64,000 nt of DNA from Elusimicrobiota bacterium (GTDB lineage Bacteria > Elusimicrobiota > Elusimicrobia > F11), in contig JBGAON010000001.1 in the NCBI GenBank assembly GCA_044221725.1, forward strand, positions 64,001-128,000, written 5' to 3'. The notes under the pieces are model-generated. The model was not told the DNA's origin, searched no databases, and saw only the letters and a list, made by a program, of their open reading frames with translations. This document shows positions 21,275 through 32,778 of the stretch, in pieces (position 1 is the stretch's first letter; each line of letters starts with the position of its first letter). A program made the position numbers and the translations under genes.

Positions 21275-21970
21275 TCATCTGCGAGCTATTACGAACAAGA
21301 CAAGCCCCAAAAGAGAGACGATAAAAATCCCGAAAGTCATTGTGGTCAGGACCAAATCTCGGACCTGGCGATTTTCAATAAACGCCAGCTTGTGAAAGTT
21401 ACTGAAGATATTTGACTGAAGCTGACGTTGATCGTCCGTATGCCGCGTTACGCTGCCGGTCAGACTTGAGACATAAAGCCGCGTCCCTTTTCCGTCGTCT
21501 GCGTCGAAGCGGTAAACGGGAAGCATCCGATAGATATTCAGATACTCCCGGTTGAACTGCGTAAGATAATCCGCCTTTCTCACGGGCATTCCACCGAGGA
21601 ATCCGGACGCGATCTGAGCGGCGTAGACTTCATCCTGACTTGCGTCAGCAACCCCCGTAACGGCATTCACATAGACCGGTTTTTCCTGCTCTCTAATAAG
21701 AACCTGATACCACGGAATTCCTTCAATTGATCTGACATTGAGCGCTTGGATGTTCGTTTTATGACCTTCTGGAAGGCGGGCAAGGACCGCGATGGGCGCG
21801 ATCTTGACGGCGGACAACGCCACCGCCCCCGCGGGTCTCGCGGGGGGCGGCGGAGTTTGCGTCCGGCTCATCACGTTATGGATGACGCCGCTTCCTGAAG
21901 AAACGAGCGCCGACAGACAAAAGACAATGCCGAGCCACCGGTGCAATTTTCTTACAAGAATTGATTTCAT
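21275..21970 (-). CDS. PepSY-associated TM domain protein
   Basis: RKLHRWLG, YVNAVTG, YVSSLTG and FHKL motifs; downstream of a TonB receptor. Confidence 0.82.
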   Translation of the reverse strand: MKSILVRKLHRWLGIVFCLSALVSSGSGVIHNVMSRTQTPPPPARPAGAVALSAVKIAPIAVLARLPEGHKTNIQALNVRSIEGIPWYQVLIREQEKPVYVNAVTGVADASQDEVYAAQIASGFLGGMPVRKADYLTQFNREYLNIYRMLPVYRFDADDGKGTRLYVSSLTGSVTRHTDDQRQLQSNIFSNFHKLAFIENRQVRDLVLTTMTFGIFIVSLLGLVLFVIARR

Positions 21971-21979
21971 GTCACGCTC

Positions 21980-24091
21980 CTAGAAATTCCACTCGATGCC
22001 GCCGTAAACGGAACGGCCATCGGCTGGAAGGAATTGCGCCGAGTCGGCGCCGTTGGCGTTGGCTATCACACCAGTGGTGCCGGCGTAGATTTTGTCGCCA
22101 AGGTTTCTGGCGTCCACAAAGATGGACAACCCTTTGCGCGGCCGGTAACCGGCTTTGAATCCCCACGATGAATAAGGATCGGCGAAGAACGTGTTTTTGT
22201 GGTCAATCGGGAACCGTACCGGAACCCATTCAATGCTGGGACCACCGTACCAACCAGTAGGATGCTCGTATTGCAGTTCGGCCTGATAAATCTGACCTGG
22301 AACTCCGGCGAGGTCGTTGGTGCCGTACACTGGATCATTGTCAAAGGTGAAATGATTGATGGTATAGGCCTGCCGCAATACCACCTGATCCGCCTCTCCA
22401 TCAGAGGTCAAAAGACCGCGCAGCAAAGCCAAATCCAATCCTGCTTCGACGCCTTCATGGATGGTTTCGTTGGCGTTGACGGTGCCAAGAGGATTACCGG
22501 CGGCATCTGTCAAACTGAGCAGCTCATCTTTGACCAATGCGTGATAAACGGAAACATCCCACCTGGCTATGTTTCTCTGCCCTCTCGTGCCCACCTCAAA
22601 CGTGGTCGCGGTCTGCGCGTCCAACTTCACCAGCCCGCCGTTCACGTTGTTTCCTACCAACTCGCCGAACGAGGGCGGCTCAAAACTTCGGGCGATATTG
22701 GTATAGATTTGATCTCTGGAGTTGAATTCATAGCGGGCCCCGATTTTTGGGCTGAAGCCACTGTAGGTTTGCGTATCGCTGTTGTCTTTATCGCTTGGGG
22801 TCACAGGCATGTTGTCTTCGTTTTTTCGTTCCGCATAAGCGGCTTGCGCACCGACGCCAATAGCCAAGGCCTTTGTCACGTAGATTTGATTCTCCACAAA
22901 CGCCTCGGCGTTGGTTGACGTTTGGTCGGAATCGCCGGTCTGCGCTCCGCGCCCCCCCGATACGTTGACATAGCGTTGGTCGCGCGTAACACCAACCGAC
23001 GGCGTGATGCCGGCCATGAACCGGTTGCGACGACCCAACCATTCGTTGACGTTGGTGTAGGCGGCGGTGACACCGGCGTCGTTGGTAAGTTGATCAATCA
23101 CCTGAAAGATCGGGTGATCGAGATGTTTCCAGGAATAATAACCGCTCAAGTCAAAACGTTGACCATTCCCAGCAAACGTCGTCTTGTTGGCGAGACGGAA
23201 CAAGTTGAAGTCCCGCTTCTGATCGCCAGAGATATTTGCGGCATTGGCTTGGCGCGGATCTCTATTCATCTGGGCTTTGGTCAAGCTCCCTGGCAATTCA
23301 GAGTCGGTTCGGACATAGGTCAGGTACGTCCGATTCTCTGTGTTTCCCGAGAAGCGATGGCCAAAGTTCCCAAAGAAACGCTGGGTGTTCTGCCGGCTGT
23401 GTTCTCGAAAGCCGTCCTGATAGAACTCCGACAAGGATCCGTAGTAATCGCTGTCTCCTATGACGCGTCCGGAACTCAACTGTCCCCGATGGTATTGATA
23501 ACTGCCGCCTTCGTATCTCGCTTGAAACGGCGAGGATGTGCGGCCGGTCCGACTCACATAGTTGATCGCGCCACCCAAGTTGGCCGCTCCGAATTCAAGC
23601 GCATTAGCGCCACGGTAAACCTCAATGTATCGCACGGAGAGTGGATCCAAGGCCTGAAAATCAAAACCTCCGTCCGCCAAGTTAATGGGAGCACCGTCTT
23701 GCAAGACTTTGATCCCGCGACCATGAAACGTGCGTTGCAGGCCGGAACCTCGAATGGAAAGACGGGCTTCTTCTGCGCCAAATCTAGGCTGCGCGTACAC
23801 GCCGGGGACCAGTTTCAGTGAATCGGCCACGGTTGATGCCCGGCCTTTGCGAGTATTATCCGCATCGACCACACTCGCACCGCCCATGACTTTGTTGACT
23901 TGGTTGGACTTCTGCTGAAGGGAAGGAACGGTATCGGAAGACAATCCTTGGGCTTCAACGACCACCTCGGGTATTTCAATGGGACTATCAGCGGCTCTCA
24001 TACAAACCGCCGCAAAGACAATAACTGACATGACTCCAGCCAAGCGCTTCAAACGCTGGGCAAAAGCCGCATAGATTCTGTGACTAGGCAT
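21980..24091 (-). CDS. TonB-dependent outer membrane receptor
   Basis: EVVVEA TonB box, VPGV...LSIRGSG and IEVYRGA plug motifs, C-terminal IEWNF. Start at ATG 24091 behind TTAGGAGA. Confidence 0.93.
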   Translation of the reverse strand: MPSHRIYAAFAQRLKRLAGVMSVIVFAAVCMRAADSPIEIPEVVVEAQGLSSDTVPSLQQKSNQVNKVMGGASVVDADNTRKGRASTVADSLKLVPGVYAQPRFGAEEARLSIRGSGLQRTFHGRGIKVLQDGAPINLADGGFDFQALDPLSVRYIEVYRGANALEFGAANLGGAINYVSRTGRTSSPFQARYEGGSYQYHRGQLSSGRVIGDSDYYGSLSEFYQDGFREHSRQNTQRFFGNFGHRFSGNTENRTYLTYVRTDSELPGSLTKAQMNRDPRQANAANISGDQKRDFNLFRLANKTTFAGNGQRFDLSGYYSWKHLDHPIFQVIDQLTNDAGVTAAYTNVNEWLGRRNRFMAGITPSVGVTRDQRYVNVSGGRGAQTGDSDQTSTNAEAFVENQIYVTKALAIGVGAQAAYAERKNEDNMPVTPSDKDNSDTQTYSGFSPKIGARYEFNSRDQIYTNIARSFEPPSFGELVGNNVNGGLVKLDAQTATTFEVGTRGQRNIARWDVSVYHALVKDELLSLTDAAGNPLGTVNANETIHEGVEAGLDLALLRGLLTSDGEADQVVLRQAYTINHFTFDNDPVYGTNDLAGVPGQIYQAELQYEHPTGWYGGPSIEWVPVRFPIDHKNTFFADPYSSWGFKAGYRPRKGLSIFVDARNLGDKIYAGTTGVIANANGADSAQFLPADGRSVYGGIEWNF

Positions 24092-24212
24092 ATTTTCTCC
24101 TAATGAAAAAATGGACATGACCCGCCTTATGGGAATAAGGCGGATCGCTATAGGCCAGAAAACCAAGAACACGGTTCTCAGGTCTTAATCAAGAAATGAT
24201 CTGGAAGAAACG

Positions 24213-24650
24213 TTAGGAGAGAACGATTTCGGGAGGAGGAGTTAAGACTTCTCGAATGGGGGAAGGCAAATTGAGTTGCGAAGCATGGAAAATAAGACTT
24301 GATAGGCCCGGATCGTCGGGGCAAAGAGATCCAATAATCCATGATGTCGGCCTACTTATCAGGGACCGCTCCTGGAATGCCAAAGCGGAAACCGGATCTT
24401 TTGGAGTAAGACTACAAACCGAAAGTGGTTGCTCACAACCATTTGAAGCTTTCGGGCGTTTGGCGGGAACGCCGCAATGAGATGCCGCGTCCTCCTTCAT
24501 TTTTTTAATCATTGGCTTGCACATCTCTGGGCAGCAACAAGCGTGGCCGCAGATAACGCAATCTTCAGAAGGTTTTTGAGAGAAGGCGTTTACTGGGCCG
24601 GATGGAATGAGCAATGAAACTACGAGAAATAATCTTAGTCCGAACCGCAT
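24213..24650 (-). CDS. Cys-rich exported leader protein with C-terminal Pro stretch (DUF2946/CruR/CutF-like)
   Basis: Signal peptide, CVICGHACCCPEMC, C-terminal EVLTPPPEIVLS; directly upstream of the TonB receptor. Confidence 0.6.
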   Translation of the reverse strand: MRFGLRLFLVVSLLIPSGPVNAFSQKPSEDCVICGHACCCPEMCKPMIKKMKEDAASHCGVPAKRPKASNGCEQPLSVCSLTPKDPVSALAFQERSLISRPTSWIIGSLCPDDPGLSSLIFHASQLNLPSPIREVLTPPPEIVLS

Positions 24651-24672
24651 CGCACTCAGATTACTATTTGCG

Positions 24673-27117
24673 TCAACTCATCGATGCGGGAATCTCGCTT
24701 TGCCTGATGTAGTCGAGAACAGCCTTCGGAGATTTCAAATCAAGCAGAGCATCGATACGCTTTGGCTCTTGGAAAAAAGATGAAACGCTCGCCAAAAAGT
24801 TTAAGTGGAGCTTCGGATCTTCGGCTGGACTTATAAAAAGAAGCCATACATGCAATGGATTCTCAGCCGTGATTCCCAGAGCGACCTGCAAGTGTTTTAA
24901 ACCTGCCACACGAGCGTGAGGAATAGCCACAGACTCACCGATCAGCGTTGGACCTGCCTTTTCACGACTTAAGACAGATTGCATAGCCTGAGACGGGTTC
25001 GGCAGACTCAGTCGCCTTAACAACTCCTGGAGAATCTGATCCTTGGAAAGCCCGCTCTGAAGGATCACTATCCGCTCCTTTGCGAGAAAATCTCCGACTC
25101 GAACTCGCGCATCGGACGCAGGATTTTTGATCGCTTGCATTTCCATTTGCATTTCGGCGCGACCAATTTCCTCGCTCATCCGTGTGCTTTCGAGGGCCGC
25201 GCCGATTTCTGAGGCGAAGGTCTCCAGTAGTTGAAGCCTCTCCGGATCCATAAACACTTTTGCATCTTTTGGTCGGATGCCGAGAACGCCCGTTGTGGTT
25301 TTAATGCCTTTCATCGGCAAATATAGCCCGCGAGATCCCGAAAGAGTGTCGCTTCCTGCCCCGGCTATCTGAACCCGATCAAGGACCCATCTTGCCACGG
25401 ATAGTTCGTTTTCATTCCATTCAAAGCGAGTCGGATCTCCAGCCTTCACCTCCAAGTCGCCCTGCGATCCCGTGGTCAGGATGAGAATCGGTAGCCCATA
25501 GAACTCTTCTAACCGAGTTCGAGCTGTCTCAAACATTTGTTGGATGTTGGGGGTTTCGGATAGCTCACGGCTCAATTTATAAAGGACACGCATCCGCTCC
25601 GCCCGTTCTCGTGAGGCCTCGGTTTGTTGACGGAGACGGCCCGTGATCGTGCTAATAAGAAGTCCTGTGCCCAACATTATGACGAAGGTCAGAACATACT
25701 GGGTATCGGAGACGGCAAAGGTCAAATAGGGCGGCACAAAGAAAAAATCAAAGGCCAAAACACTTAAAACTGACGCGAGGATAGAAGCCTTTCGACCAAA
25801 ACGATAAGACGCGAACATGATGCCGAGCAAATAGATCATGACGATATTGACCAGTGGCAGGGTGTGAAAAAGTGGCCAACAAACCAACGTCGCAAGACCA
25901 ACCACCGCAGTTGCTTGTCCAACACCGGCCCAATCAGATGGAGTTGCAGTCGCGACGGGTCTTCGATCACTAAACTCCGGTCCAACTCCACTAATGATAT
26001 GTAGGTCGATATTCCCGCAACGCCGGGCCATATCGTTGACAATTGATCCAAATAACCATTCCTTCCACCTTGGATTGGCTGGTTTCCCCAATATGATCCT
26101 GGTAACGTTTCTGGATCGTGCGAAAGAAATAATTTCGTCCGTGATGTCATTTCCAGACAAAGTCACGGTTTCTGCTCCCAGTTTTTCCGCCATCCTCAAA
26201 TTATTGACAGCCCGAGCGCGTTCATCAGTGGAAAGCTGCAAGTAAGCAGGTGTTTCCACAAGAACGGCAATCCATTCCGCTCGAAGCCGCGTTGCCATAC
26301 GACTTGCCGCCCTTATCAGCCGAGCCGACATTGGGCTCGCACTGACACCGACAAGAAGCCTTTCACCCACCTGCCACACGTCAGAAATAGAATGACGCTC
26401 CTTGAACGCTTGCATCTGCGCGTCGACTCGTTCAGCTGTATGTCGCAGCGCGAGTTCGCGGAGCGCGATAAGGTTTCCTGGTTGAAAGAAGTTTTCTGCC
26501 GCTCTACCCGCCAATTCATTCTTGTAGACTTTTCCTTCTCTTAGTCGAGTAAGAAGATCCTCGGGTGCTAAATCCACAAGCTCTAGTTCGTGAACGCGTT
26601 GAAGAAAGGTATCAGGGACCGTTTCTCGAACCGTCACACCCGTAATTTGGGCTACCACATCATTCAATGTCTCCCAATGCTGGACGTTGAGCGTGGTATA
26701 AACGTCGACCCCTGCATCCAACAATTCTTCGACATCTTGCCAGCGTTTCGCATGACGTAGCCCTTCGGCATTCGTGTGAGCCAGCTCATCTACCACGATC
26801 AAGCGTGGGTGGCGCGTCAACGCGCCGTCTAAATCGAATTCCTTTAAGACAACGCCTTTGTAGGAGATCTCCTTGCGAGGCAAAATCTCGAACCCTTCGA
26901 GAAGCGCTTCGGTTTCTGTTCTGCCGTGCGTTTCGGCGAGGCCGATGACCACATCCCACCCTTCTTTTTTTCGCTGCCGGGCGGCTTCCAACATGGCATA
27001 GGTCTTGCCGACGCCAGGACTCGCGCCGAAAAACAACTTCAGCTGGCCTCGACCAGCGATTTCCTCGTCGGCCTGGACGTGTTTGAGAAGTTGATCTGGA
27101 TTAGGTCTTTGATCCAT
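24673..27117 (-). CDS. kdpD: KdpD sensory half (KdpD-N, Usp, 4TM, GAF) fused to a PTS EIIA domain; no kinase domains
   Basis: [42 protein letters not shown]-terminal [23 protein letters not shown] motif; no H-box or G-boxes. Confidence 0.88.
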   Translation of the reverse strand: MDQRPNPDQLLKHVQADEEIAGRGQLKLFFGASPGVGKTYAMLEAARQRKKEGWDVVIGLAETHGRTETEALLEGFEILPRKEISYKGVVLKEFDLDGALTRHPRLIVVDELAHTNAEGLRHAKRWQDVEELLDAGVDVYTTLNVQHWETLNDVVAQITGVTVRETVPDTFLQRVHELELVDLAPEDLLTRLREGKVYKNELAGRAAENFFQPGNLIALRELALRHTAERVDAQMQAFKERHSISDVWQVGERLLVGVSASPMSARLIRAASRMATRLRAEWIAVLVETPAYLQLSTDERARAVNNLRMAEKLGAETVTLSGNDITDEIISFARSRNVTRIILGKPANPRWKEWLFGSIVNDMARRCGNIDLHIISGVGPEFSDRRPVATATPSDWAGVGQATAVVGLATLVCWPLFHTLPLVNIVMIYLLGIMFASYRFGRKASILASVLSVLAFDFFFVPPYLTFAVSDTQYVLTFVIMLGTGLLISTITGRLRQQTEASRERAERMRVLYKLSRELSETPNIQQMFETARTRLEEFYGLPILILTTGSQGDLEVKAGDPTRFEWNENELSVARWVLDRVQIAGAGSDTLSGSRGLYLPMKGIKTTTGVLGIRPKDAKVFMDPERLQLLETFASEIGAALESTRMSEEIGRAEMQMEMQAIKNPASDARVRVGDFLAKERIVILQSGLSKDQILQELLRRLSLPNPSQAMQSVLSREKAGPTLIGESVAIPHARVAGLKHLQVALGITAENPLHVWLLFISPAEDPKLHLNFLASVSSFFQEPKRIDALLDLKSPKAVLDYIRQSEIPASMS

Positions 27118-27691
27118 GAGAGTCCTCATCCAAATTAAGATTCAACTTCAGAACATTCACGCGGGGCTCGCCAAGAAGCCCTAGGAAACGGCCTTGGGTG
27201 TTTTTCTGAATCAATGACTCGACAACCGCCTCAGGAAGTCCACGAACGCGTGCAATTCGCTTTAACTGATATTGGGCAGTGGCTGGTGTGATATGAGGAT
27301 CCAACCCGCTGGCCGACGCCGTGATCAGGTCGACCGGAATCTTTTCTCTATTTTCCGGGTCATTCTTTCGCAACGCATCAATGCGGTCCTGTACGGATTT
27401 AATAAGCGCGGGATTAAGCGGGCCCAAGTTCGACCCTGACGACGCAGCTCCATTGTAAGGAACCGGTCCCGTCGCCGACAGCCGTCCCCAAAAATACTTG
27501 GGATCATCAAAGGATTGGCCAATGAGTTCTGAACCGACTGCTTTCCCGTCTTTCAAAATAAGACTTCCATTCGCCTCATGCGGGAAAAGTGCTTGCGCCA
27601 GCCCCGTCACAGCAAACGGATACACGACTCCAGTGAGAACCGAAAGAACGACGAGTGTGCGAACAGAAATTATGAGTTGTTCAATATACAT
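27101..27691 (-). CDS. kdpC: K+-transporting ATPase subunit C
   Basis: [36 protein letters not shown]. Confidence 0.96.
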   Translation of the reverse strand: MYIEQLIISVRTLVVLSVLTGVVYPFAVTGLAQALFPHEANGSLILKDGKAVGSELIGQSFDDPKYFWGRLSATGPVPYNGAASSGSNLGPLNPALIKSVQDRIDALRKNDPENREKIPVDLITASASGLDPHITPATAQYQLKRIARVRGLPEAVVESLIQKNTQGRFLGLLGEPRVNVLKLNLNLDEDSHGSKT

Positions 27692-27717
27692 CTAAGCCTC
27701 CTTGCCCTGAACAGGGC

Positions 27718-29787
27718 TTATGCCAAACCCATCGCGACAAGCAATAGATCAATCGCCTTGATGCCGATAAAAGGCGCAATCAATCCGCCGATGCCATAAA
27801 TCAGAATATGGTCACGAAGCAAACGGCTTGCGCCCAATGCCCGATACTTCACTCCTTGCAGAGATAACGGGATGAGCAGAACAATGATGATCGCATTAAA
27901 TATCACAGCGGAGAGAATGGCGCTCGTCGGCGTAGCAAGGTGCATAATGTTGAGTGCGCCAAGAGCGGGGTAAATCCCAACAAATGCCGCAGGGATGATC
28001 GCAAAATACTTTGAGACATCATTGGAGATGCTGAATGTCGTCAAAGCGCCACGCGTGATCAAGAGCTGTTTGCCAATTTCCACGATTTCGATGAGCTTCG
28101 TCGGATTGGAATCGAGGTCAACCAGATTTCCCGCTTCTTTGGCTGCTTGCGTTCCGGTATTCATCGCGACCGCAACATCGGCTTGAGCGAGGGCCGGCGC
28201 GTCGTTGGTTCCATCTCCTGTCATGGCGACCAGGCGGCCACCGCTTTGCGTGTCGCGAATCAATTTCAATTTTGTTTCCGGTGTGGCCTGAGCCAGAAAA
28301 TCGTCGACTCCGGCTTCCGCCGCGATGGCGGCGGCGGTTAAAGGGTTATCGCCAGTAATCATGATGGTCTTGATCCCCATACGGCGAAGTTCCACAAAGC
28401 GTTCCTTGATTCCTCCCTTGACGATGTCTTTCAAGTGAATCACGCCAAGAACTTTGTCGCGATCCGCCACAAGGAGAGGCGTTCCACCCGACTTCGCAAT
28501 CGTTTCTACTGCCACTTTTACACTGGCGGGATAGTCACCGCCTTGTTCCTTCACATATGCCTCAACGGCATCCGCCGCTCCTTTGCGAATGTGGCGACCG
28601 TCGCTTAGGTCCACACCGCTCATGCGCGTCTGCGCGGTGAATGGAATAAAATTTGCTCCTATTTCATGAACCTGCCGCTCCCGAATGCCGTATTTCTCCT
28701 TTGCGAGGACAACAATGCTCCGTCCCTCCGGCGTTTCATCGGATAAAGAGGAAATCTGGGCGGCGTCCGCCAATATTTCTGGCGCTATTCCATCGGAAGC
28801 GACGAACGCCACCGCTTGCCGATTTCCAAGGGTAATGGTGCCGGTCTTGTCCAAGAGAAGAACATCAACGTCTCCAGCCGCCTCGACGGCGCGTCCCGAC
28901 ATCGCGATCACATTGGCCTGAATCATCCGGTCCATTCCCGCAATGCCGATGGCCGGGAGCAACCCTCCAATTGTCGTTGGAATCAGGCAAACCAAGAGCG
29001 CCACAAGCACGGTCACAGTCACAGGCGATCCTGTTCCAGCCGCGCTGACGCTATAAATCGAAAAAGGAAGCAACGTGACGGTCGCAAAAAGAAAAATGAT
29101 CGTCATGCCAGCCAAGAGAATGTTGAGAGCGATCTCGTTTGGAGTTTTTTGACGTTTCGCTCCCTCCACCATATTGATCATCCGGTCAAGAAACGTCTCT
29201 CCTGGATTGGATGTAATCTTTACGACCAGCCAATCAGAGAGAACTTGTGTTCCTCCCGTGACTGCGCTCCGGTCACCACCCGCTTCCCGGATGACTGGCG
29301 CGGACTCGCCAGTAATGGCCGCTTCATTGACTGAAGCCACCCCTTCAATAATCTCTCCGTCCATCGGGATGATATCGCCGGCTTCAACCAGAACAACGTC
29401 TCCAGCTCGCAATGTGGAGGCCGACACAACGACCGGTTTATTTGATCCTCTTTTGCCGTTCAGTAATTTTTTCGCAGGTGTGTCTTGGCGCGCTTTCCTA
29501 AGGTTTGCGGCCTGCGCTTTTCCTCTTCCTTCCGCCATCGCCTCCGCAAAATTCGCAAATAGAACCGTGAACCATAGCCATAAGGAGATAGACAAAATAA
29601 ATCCCGCAGGCGCCTCACCGCTTCCGGTTAACGCTTGAACAAACAATCCCGTGGTCAGCATGCTTCCAACCCAGACGACGAACATCACAGGATTCTTTAT
29701 TTGATGTTTTGGATTCAGTTTCCTGAGAGATTCCAGAAAAGCCGGTCCGACGACAGATGAATCAAAAAGCTTGTGTGTTTTTCTCAT
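27718..29787 (-). CDS. kdpB: K+-transporting P-type ATPase subunit B
   Basis: [27 protein letters not shown] 29787 overlaps the kdpA stop (ATGA). Confidence 0.97.
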   Translation of the reverse strand: MRKTHKLFDSSVVGPAFLESLRKLNPKHQIKNPVMFVVWVGSMLTTGLFVQALTGSGEAPAGFILSISLWLWFTVLFANFAEAMAEGRGKAQAANLRKARQDTPAKKLLNGKRGSNKPVVVSASTLRAGDVVLVEAGDIIPMDGEIIEGVASVNEAAITGESAPVIREAGGDRSAVTGGTQVLSDWLVVKITSNPGETFLDRMINMVEGAKRQKTPNEIALNILLAGMTIIFLFATVTLLPFSIYSVSAAGTGSPVTVTVLVALLVCLIPTTIGGLLPAIGIAGMDRMIQANVIAMSGRAVEAAGDVDVLLLDKTGTITLGNRQAVAFVASDGIAPEILADAAQISSLSDETPEGRSIVVLAKEKYGIRERQVHEIGANFIPFTAQTRMSGVDLSDGRHIRKGAADAVEAYVKEQGGDYPASVKVAVETIAKSGGTPLLVADRDKVLGVIHLKDIVKGGIKERFVELRRMGIKTIMITGDNPLTAAAIAAEAGVDDFLAQATPETKLKLIRDTQSGGRLVAMTGDGTNDAPALAQADVAVAMNTGTQAAKEAGNLVDLDSNPTKLIEIVEIGKQLLITRGALTTFSISNDVSKYFAIIPAAFVGIYPALGALNIMHLATPTSAILSAVIFNAIIIVLLIPLSLQGVKYRALGASRLLRDHILIYGIGGLIAPFIGIKAIDLLLVAMGLA

Positions 29788-31517
29788 GATAAATACTCCA
29801 CGATCGGCCCCAGAGCGAGAGCCGGAAAAAAGGTTAGGGCTCCCACAATGAGAATCACCGAAGCCAGAAAGAAAACAAAAAGCGGCGTATGAGTCGGCAA
29901 TGTCCCGGAGCTTGGCGGCACAACTTTTTTCTTGGCCAGCGACCCTGCCATCGCCAACACAGGAATGGCGATCCAATAGCGCGAAAAAAACATCGCGAGT
30001 CCCAGCCATAGGTTATAGAAAGGCGTGTTGGCTCCGAGTCCAGCAAAAGCGCTTCCGTTGTTATTACCCGCCGAAGAAAAAGCATAAAGCACTTCGCTAA
30101 ATCCATGCGCTCCGGGATTAAAAATCGTGGCCTTGCCCGCTGGTGAAACGACCGCAATTGCGGTTCCTCCAAGGACGAGAAGACACGGCACCAAAATACC
30201 AATGGATGCCATCTTCATTTCATAGGCTTCGATTTTCTTGCCCAAATACTCCGGCGTGCGGCCGACCATGAGCCCGGCGATAAAAACCGCAATGACCGCA
30301 AATAGAAGCATCCCGTAAAGTCCTGATCCGACACCTCCGAAGACAACTTCTCCGAGCTGCATCAAGATCATTGGAACGAGTCCACCCAACGGCGTATAGG
30401 AATCGTGCATGGAATTCACGGAGCCATTGGAAGCGGCGGTTGTTGCCGTCGCCCAAATCGCCGAACTTACGATCCCATAGCGGACTTCCTTGCCTTCCAT
30501 GTTTCCGCCCGACTGGAGCGCCGATGCAGCCTGATCGACATCTAATTTGGCAAGCAGAGGATTTCCAGATTGTTCCTGAGCAACACAGAGCCATAACGCC
30601 GGCACAAAGAGGACCAGCATGACTGCCTCAAGAGCCCACCCTTGTCGAGTGTCCTTGACCATAACGCCGAACGTGTAGCACAGCGCTGCAGCGATCAATA
30701 GGATCGAAAGCGACTGGAGGAAATTTGAAAGCGGTGTGGGATTCTCAAATGGATGGGCCGAATTGACATTGAAGTAACCACCCCCATTGGTTCCCAGTTG
30801 CTTAATAGCGATTTGGGAAGCGGCCGGCCCTACAGCCAACGTCTGTTCGCTGATTGGTTTTCCATTGCTATCCATAAAAGGTTGAAGAAGCGCGACTGTT
30901 TGACTGGGCCGAAATGTCTGCACCACGCCCTGCGAAACCAATCCCATCGCTAGTAAAAGTGACATGGGCATCAGGATGTAGATTGTGCTTCGAACCATGT
31001 CCACCCAGAAATTTCCGATGACCTTCGCTTCACGCCGGACGAATCCACGAATCAAAGCAACCAGAACCGCCATACCGCTGGCCGCTGAAACAAAGTTCTG
31101 CACAGTCAAACCCAGCATTTGTGTGAGATAGCTCATGGTTGTTTCGCCGCCGTATCCTTGCCAGTTGGTGTTCGTGGCAAAACTCACAGCTGTATTGAAG
31201 GCGGAATCCGGCGTTACAGGACCCATGGCCATCGGGTTCAAAGGCAAATGCTGCTGAACCCGTTGAAGCAAATAGACAATTAAAAGTCCTGCAAAGTTGA
31301 AGATCATCATTGCGAAGGCATAGGTTTTCCAATTCATCTCTTCTCTGCGAACACCTGATAACCGGTAAATAAGTCGTTCGATGGGACCAAGAATCTTATC
31401 GATCCACATTGGCTGGCCTTCGTAAACCTTGGCCATGTAAAGCCCAACAGGCTTGACCAGTAGAATCAGAACGCCAAGATAAACGGCGCACTGAATCAAA
31501 TTATTTGAGTTCGTCAG
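29784..31517 (-). CDS. kdpA: K+-transporting ATPase subunit A (start uncertain: CTG 31517 or TTG 31499)
   Basis: [29 protein letters not shown] and NNNGSAFAG selectivity-filter motifs. Confidence 0.95.
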   Translation of the reverse strand: MTNSNNLIQCAVYLGVLILLVKPVGLYMAKVYEGQPMWIDKILGPIERLIYRLSGVRREEMNWKTYAFAMMIFNFAGLLIVYLLQRVQQHLPLNPMAMGPVTPDSAFNTAVSFATNTNWQGYGGETTMSYLTQMLGLTVQNFVSAASGMAVLVALIRGFVRREAKVIGNFWVDMVRSTIYILMPMSLLLAMGLVSQGVVQTFRPSQTVALLQPFMDSNGKPISEQTLAVGPAASQIAIKQLGTNGGGYFNVNSAHPFENPTPLSNFLQSLSILLIAAALCYTFGVMVKDTRQGWALEAVMLVLFVPALWLCVAQEQSGNPLLAKLDVDQAASALQSGGNMEGKEVRYGIVSSAIWATATTAASNGSVNSMHDSYTPLGGLVPMILMQLGEVVFGGVGSGLYGMLLFAVIAVFIAGLMVGRTPEYLGKKIEAYEMKMASIGILVPCLLVLGGTAIAVVSPAGKATIFNPGAHGFSEVLYAFSSAGNNNGSAFAGLGANTPFYNLWLGLAMFFSRYWIAIPVLAMAGSLAKKKVVPPSSGTLPTHTPLFVFFLASVILIVGALTFFPALALGPIVEYLS

Positions 31518-31603
31518 AAGACCTCCGGCTTAAGCAACGCCACGAAAAGGTAAATCAGAATTAGAAATGACGTGACAGCCCCGATCCAATAAATAAGAGT
31601 CAT
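31514..31603 (-). CDS. kdpF: KdpF peptide (29 aa)
   Basis: Hand translation [29 protein letters not shown], matching the YL..ALLxPExF pattern; AAGGAG SD. Below the ORF-track cutoff. Confidence 0.92.
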   Translation of the reverse strand: MTLIYWIGAVTSFLILIYLFVALLKPEVF

Positions 31604-31616
31604 AGAAATAATCTCC

Positions 31617-31697
31617 TTAAATCTTTTCGAAGAGCAATATGAGCCCCACGGACAAAACGCCCAACCCAAGAATAAGGCTAATGTAAACGATGTCCAT
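31617..31697 (-). CDS. Second small hydrophobic kdp-associated peptide (26 aa)
   Basis: MDIVYISLILGLGVLSVGLILLFEKI* with AAGGAG SD, immediately upstream of kdpF. Confidence 0.7.
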   Translation of the reverse strand: MDIVYISLILGLGVLSVGLILLFEKI

Positions 31698-31980
31698 CTT
31701 GATTCTCCTTTTCGGGTGAGATTCGCTCTTCGGTTTCCTTCTTCTCGACTAAGTGTTTTAACCGTTCCTCATCTCGTTCTAAATTGCTCAAAACGCGAGC
31801 CAAGCGGTCCGCATTCGCTTCAAGTTTCTGCATAACCTGATCAACTCGTGGAGAGAGTTGGTGTTCTTGCGTTCGAGGCTCCTCTTTTTCGATCAGTGTC
31901 GATGGAGGCCAAACCGCAAAAACTGTTCGCGCAACTGTGAAGGTTCCCACGATGAATAGAAACGAAATAATTCTTTTCAT
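31678..31980 (-). CDS. Hypothetical exported coiled-coil protein at the head of the kdp operon
   Basis: Signal peptide MKRIISFLFIV...VFA, charged helical body. Confidence 0.55.
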   Translation of the reverse strand: MKRIISFLFIVGTFTVARTVFAVWPPSTLIEKEEPRTQEHQLSPRVDQVMQKLEANADRLARVLSNLERDEERLKHLVEKKETEERISPEKENQDGHRLH

Positions 31981-32025
31981 GAGTACAAGATAACTCAGCT
32001 CCCCGTTTAGGAGCCATTGTCACGC

Positions 32026-32044
32026 CGTTAAGATTTCGTTAAGA
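32026..32044 (-). promoter_or_regulatory. Candidate KdpE binding site
   Basis: Perfect direct repeat TCTTAACG x2 (32026-32033, 32037-32044), 11-bp period, upstream of the kdp operon; OmpR-family geometry. Confidence 0.6.
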
Positions 32045-32073
32045 CGAGGAGGGTGCTGGGCGGGAAAAAACAA

Positions 32074-32778
32074 TTAATCTTCTGGGGCTTCCAGACGATA
32101 ACCGACACCAGGCTCCGTTTTCAGGCATTTGGGCCTAACAGGGTCGGGTTCGATTTTCTGGCGTAGCTGGTGGACAAATATCCGCGCGGTTTCTGGCGTG
32201 GCGGTAGCATCGTTTCCCCATACTTCTTTAATCAACATTTTTTGGCTTACCACGCGACCTGCATTACGGACAAGGACTGAAAGAACGTCATATTGCTTCG
32301 GCGAAAGATGAGTTTCCTTTTTTCTAACCCACACTTTTCTGGCCACCAAATCGACCTTCAGCCCTTCACGTTCATACACTGGCGGTGAATCGTTTGGGCC
32401 TCTGTCAATATGACGAACGGCCACGCGAAGTCTCGCCATGAGTTCGCCCACACTGAAAGGCTTGGTCAAATAATCATCGGCACCAGCGTCTAAACCGGCA
32501 ATTTTGTCGTTCTCTTTCCCTCGAGCCGAAATGATAATGACGGGAGCCGAAGTCCATTGGCGCAACGATTTCAAGACGACCAGCCCATCTTGATCTGGTA
32601 ATCCAAGATCAAGCAGGATGACATGAGGTTTTTTTGAAGCGGCAGATTCAAGACCCATACGGCCCGTCGTCGCCTCAATAATGTTCCAACCTGTTTTCTC
32701 CAACGACGTGCGTAAGAACTGAAGGATCGCGGGTTCATCTTCAATTATGAGAAGTGTTCGTTCAGTGTCCATTTTCAC
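32074..32778 (-). CDS. kdpE: KdpE response regulator (OmpR family)
   Basis: IIEDE, LLDLGLPD, GADDYLTKPF, LRQKIEPDPVRP, TEPGVGYRL. Confidence 0.93.
   Translation of the reverse strand: MKMDTERTLLIIEDEPAILQFLRTSLEKTGWNIIEATTGRMGLESAASKKPHVILLDLGLPDQDGLVVLKSLRQWTSAPVIIISARGKENDKIAGLDAGADDYLTKPFSVGELMARLRVAVRHIDRGPNDSPPVYEREGLKVDLVARKVWVRKKETHLSPKQYDVLSVLVRNAGRVVSQKMLIKEVWGNDATATPETARIFVHQLRQKIEPDPVRPKCLKTEPGVGYRLEAPED

Noticed and set aside
29788..30009. ORF-track N-terminal extension of kdpB (likewise for sdhA, the PilV-like gene, the TonB receptor, the portal and 41587-45198)
   Set aside because: Most extensions overlap neighbouring genes; the downstream starts have SD sequences, stop/start coupling or a better fit to the family N-terminus.
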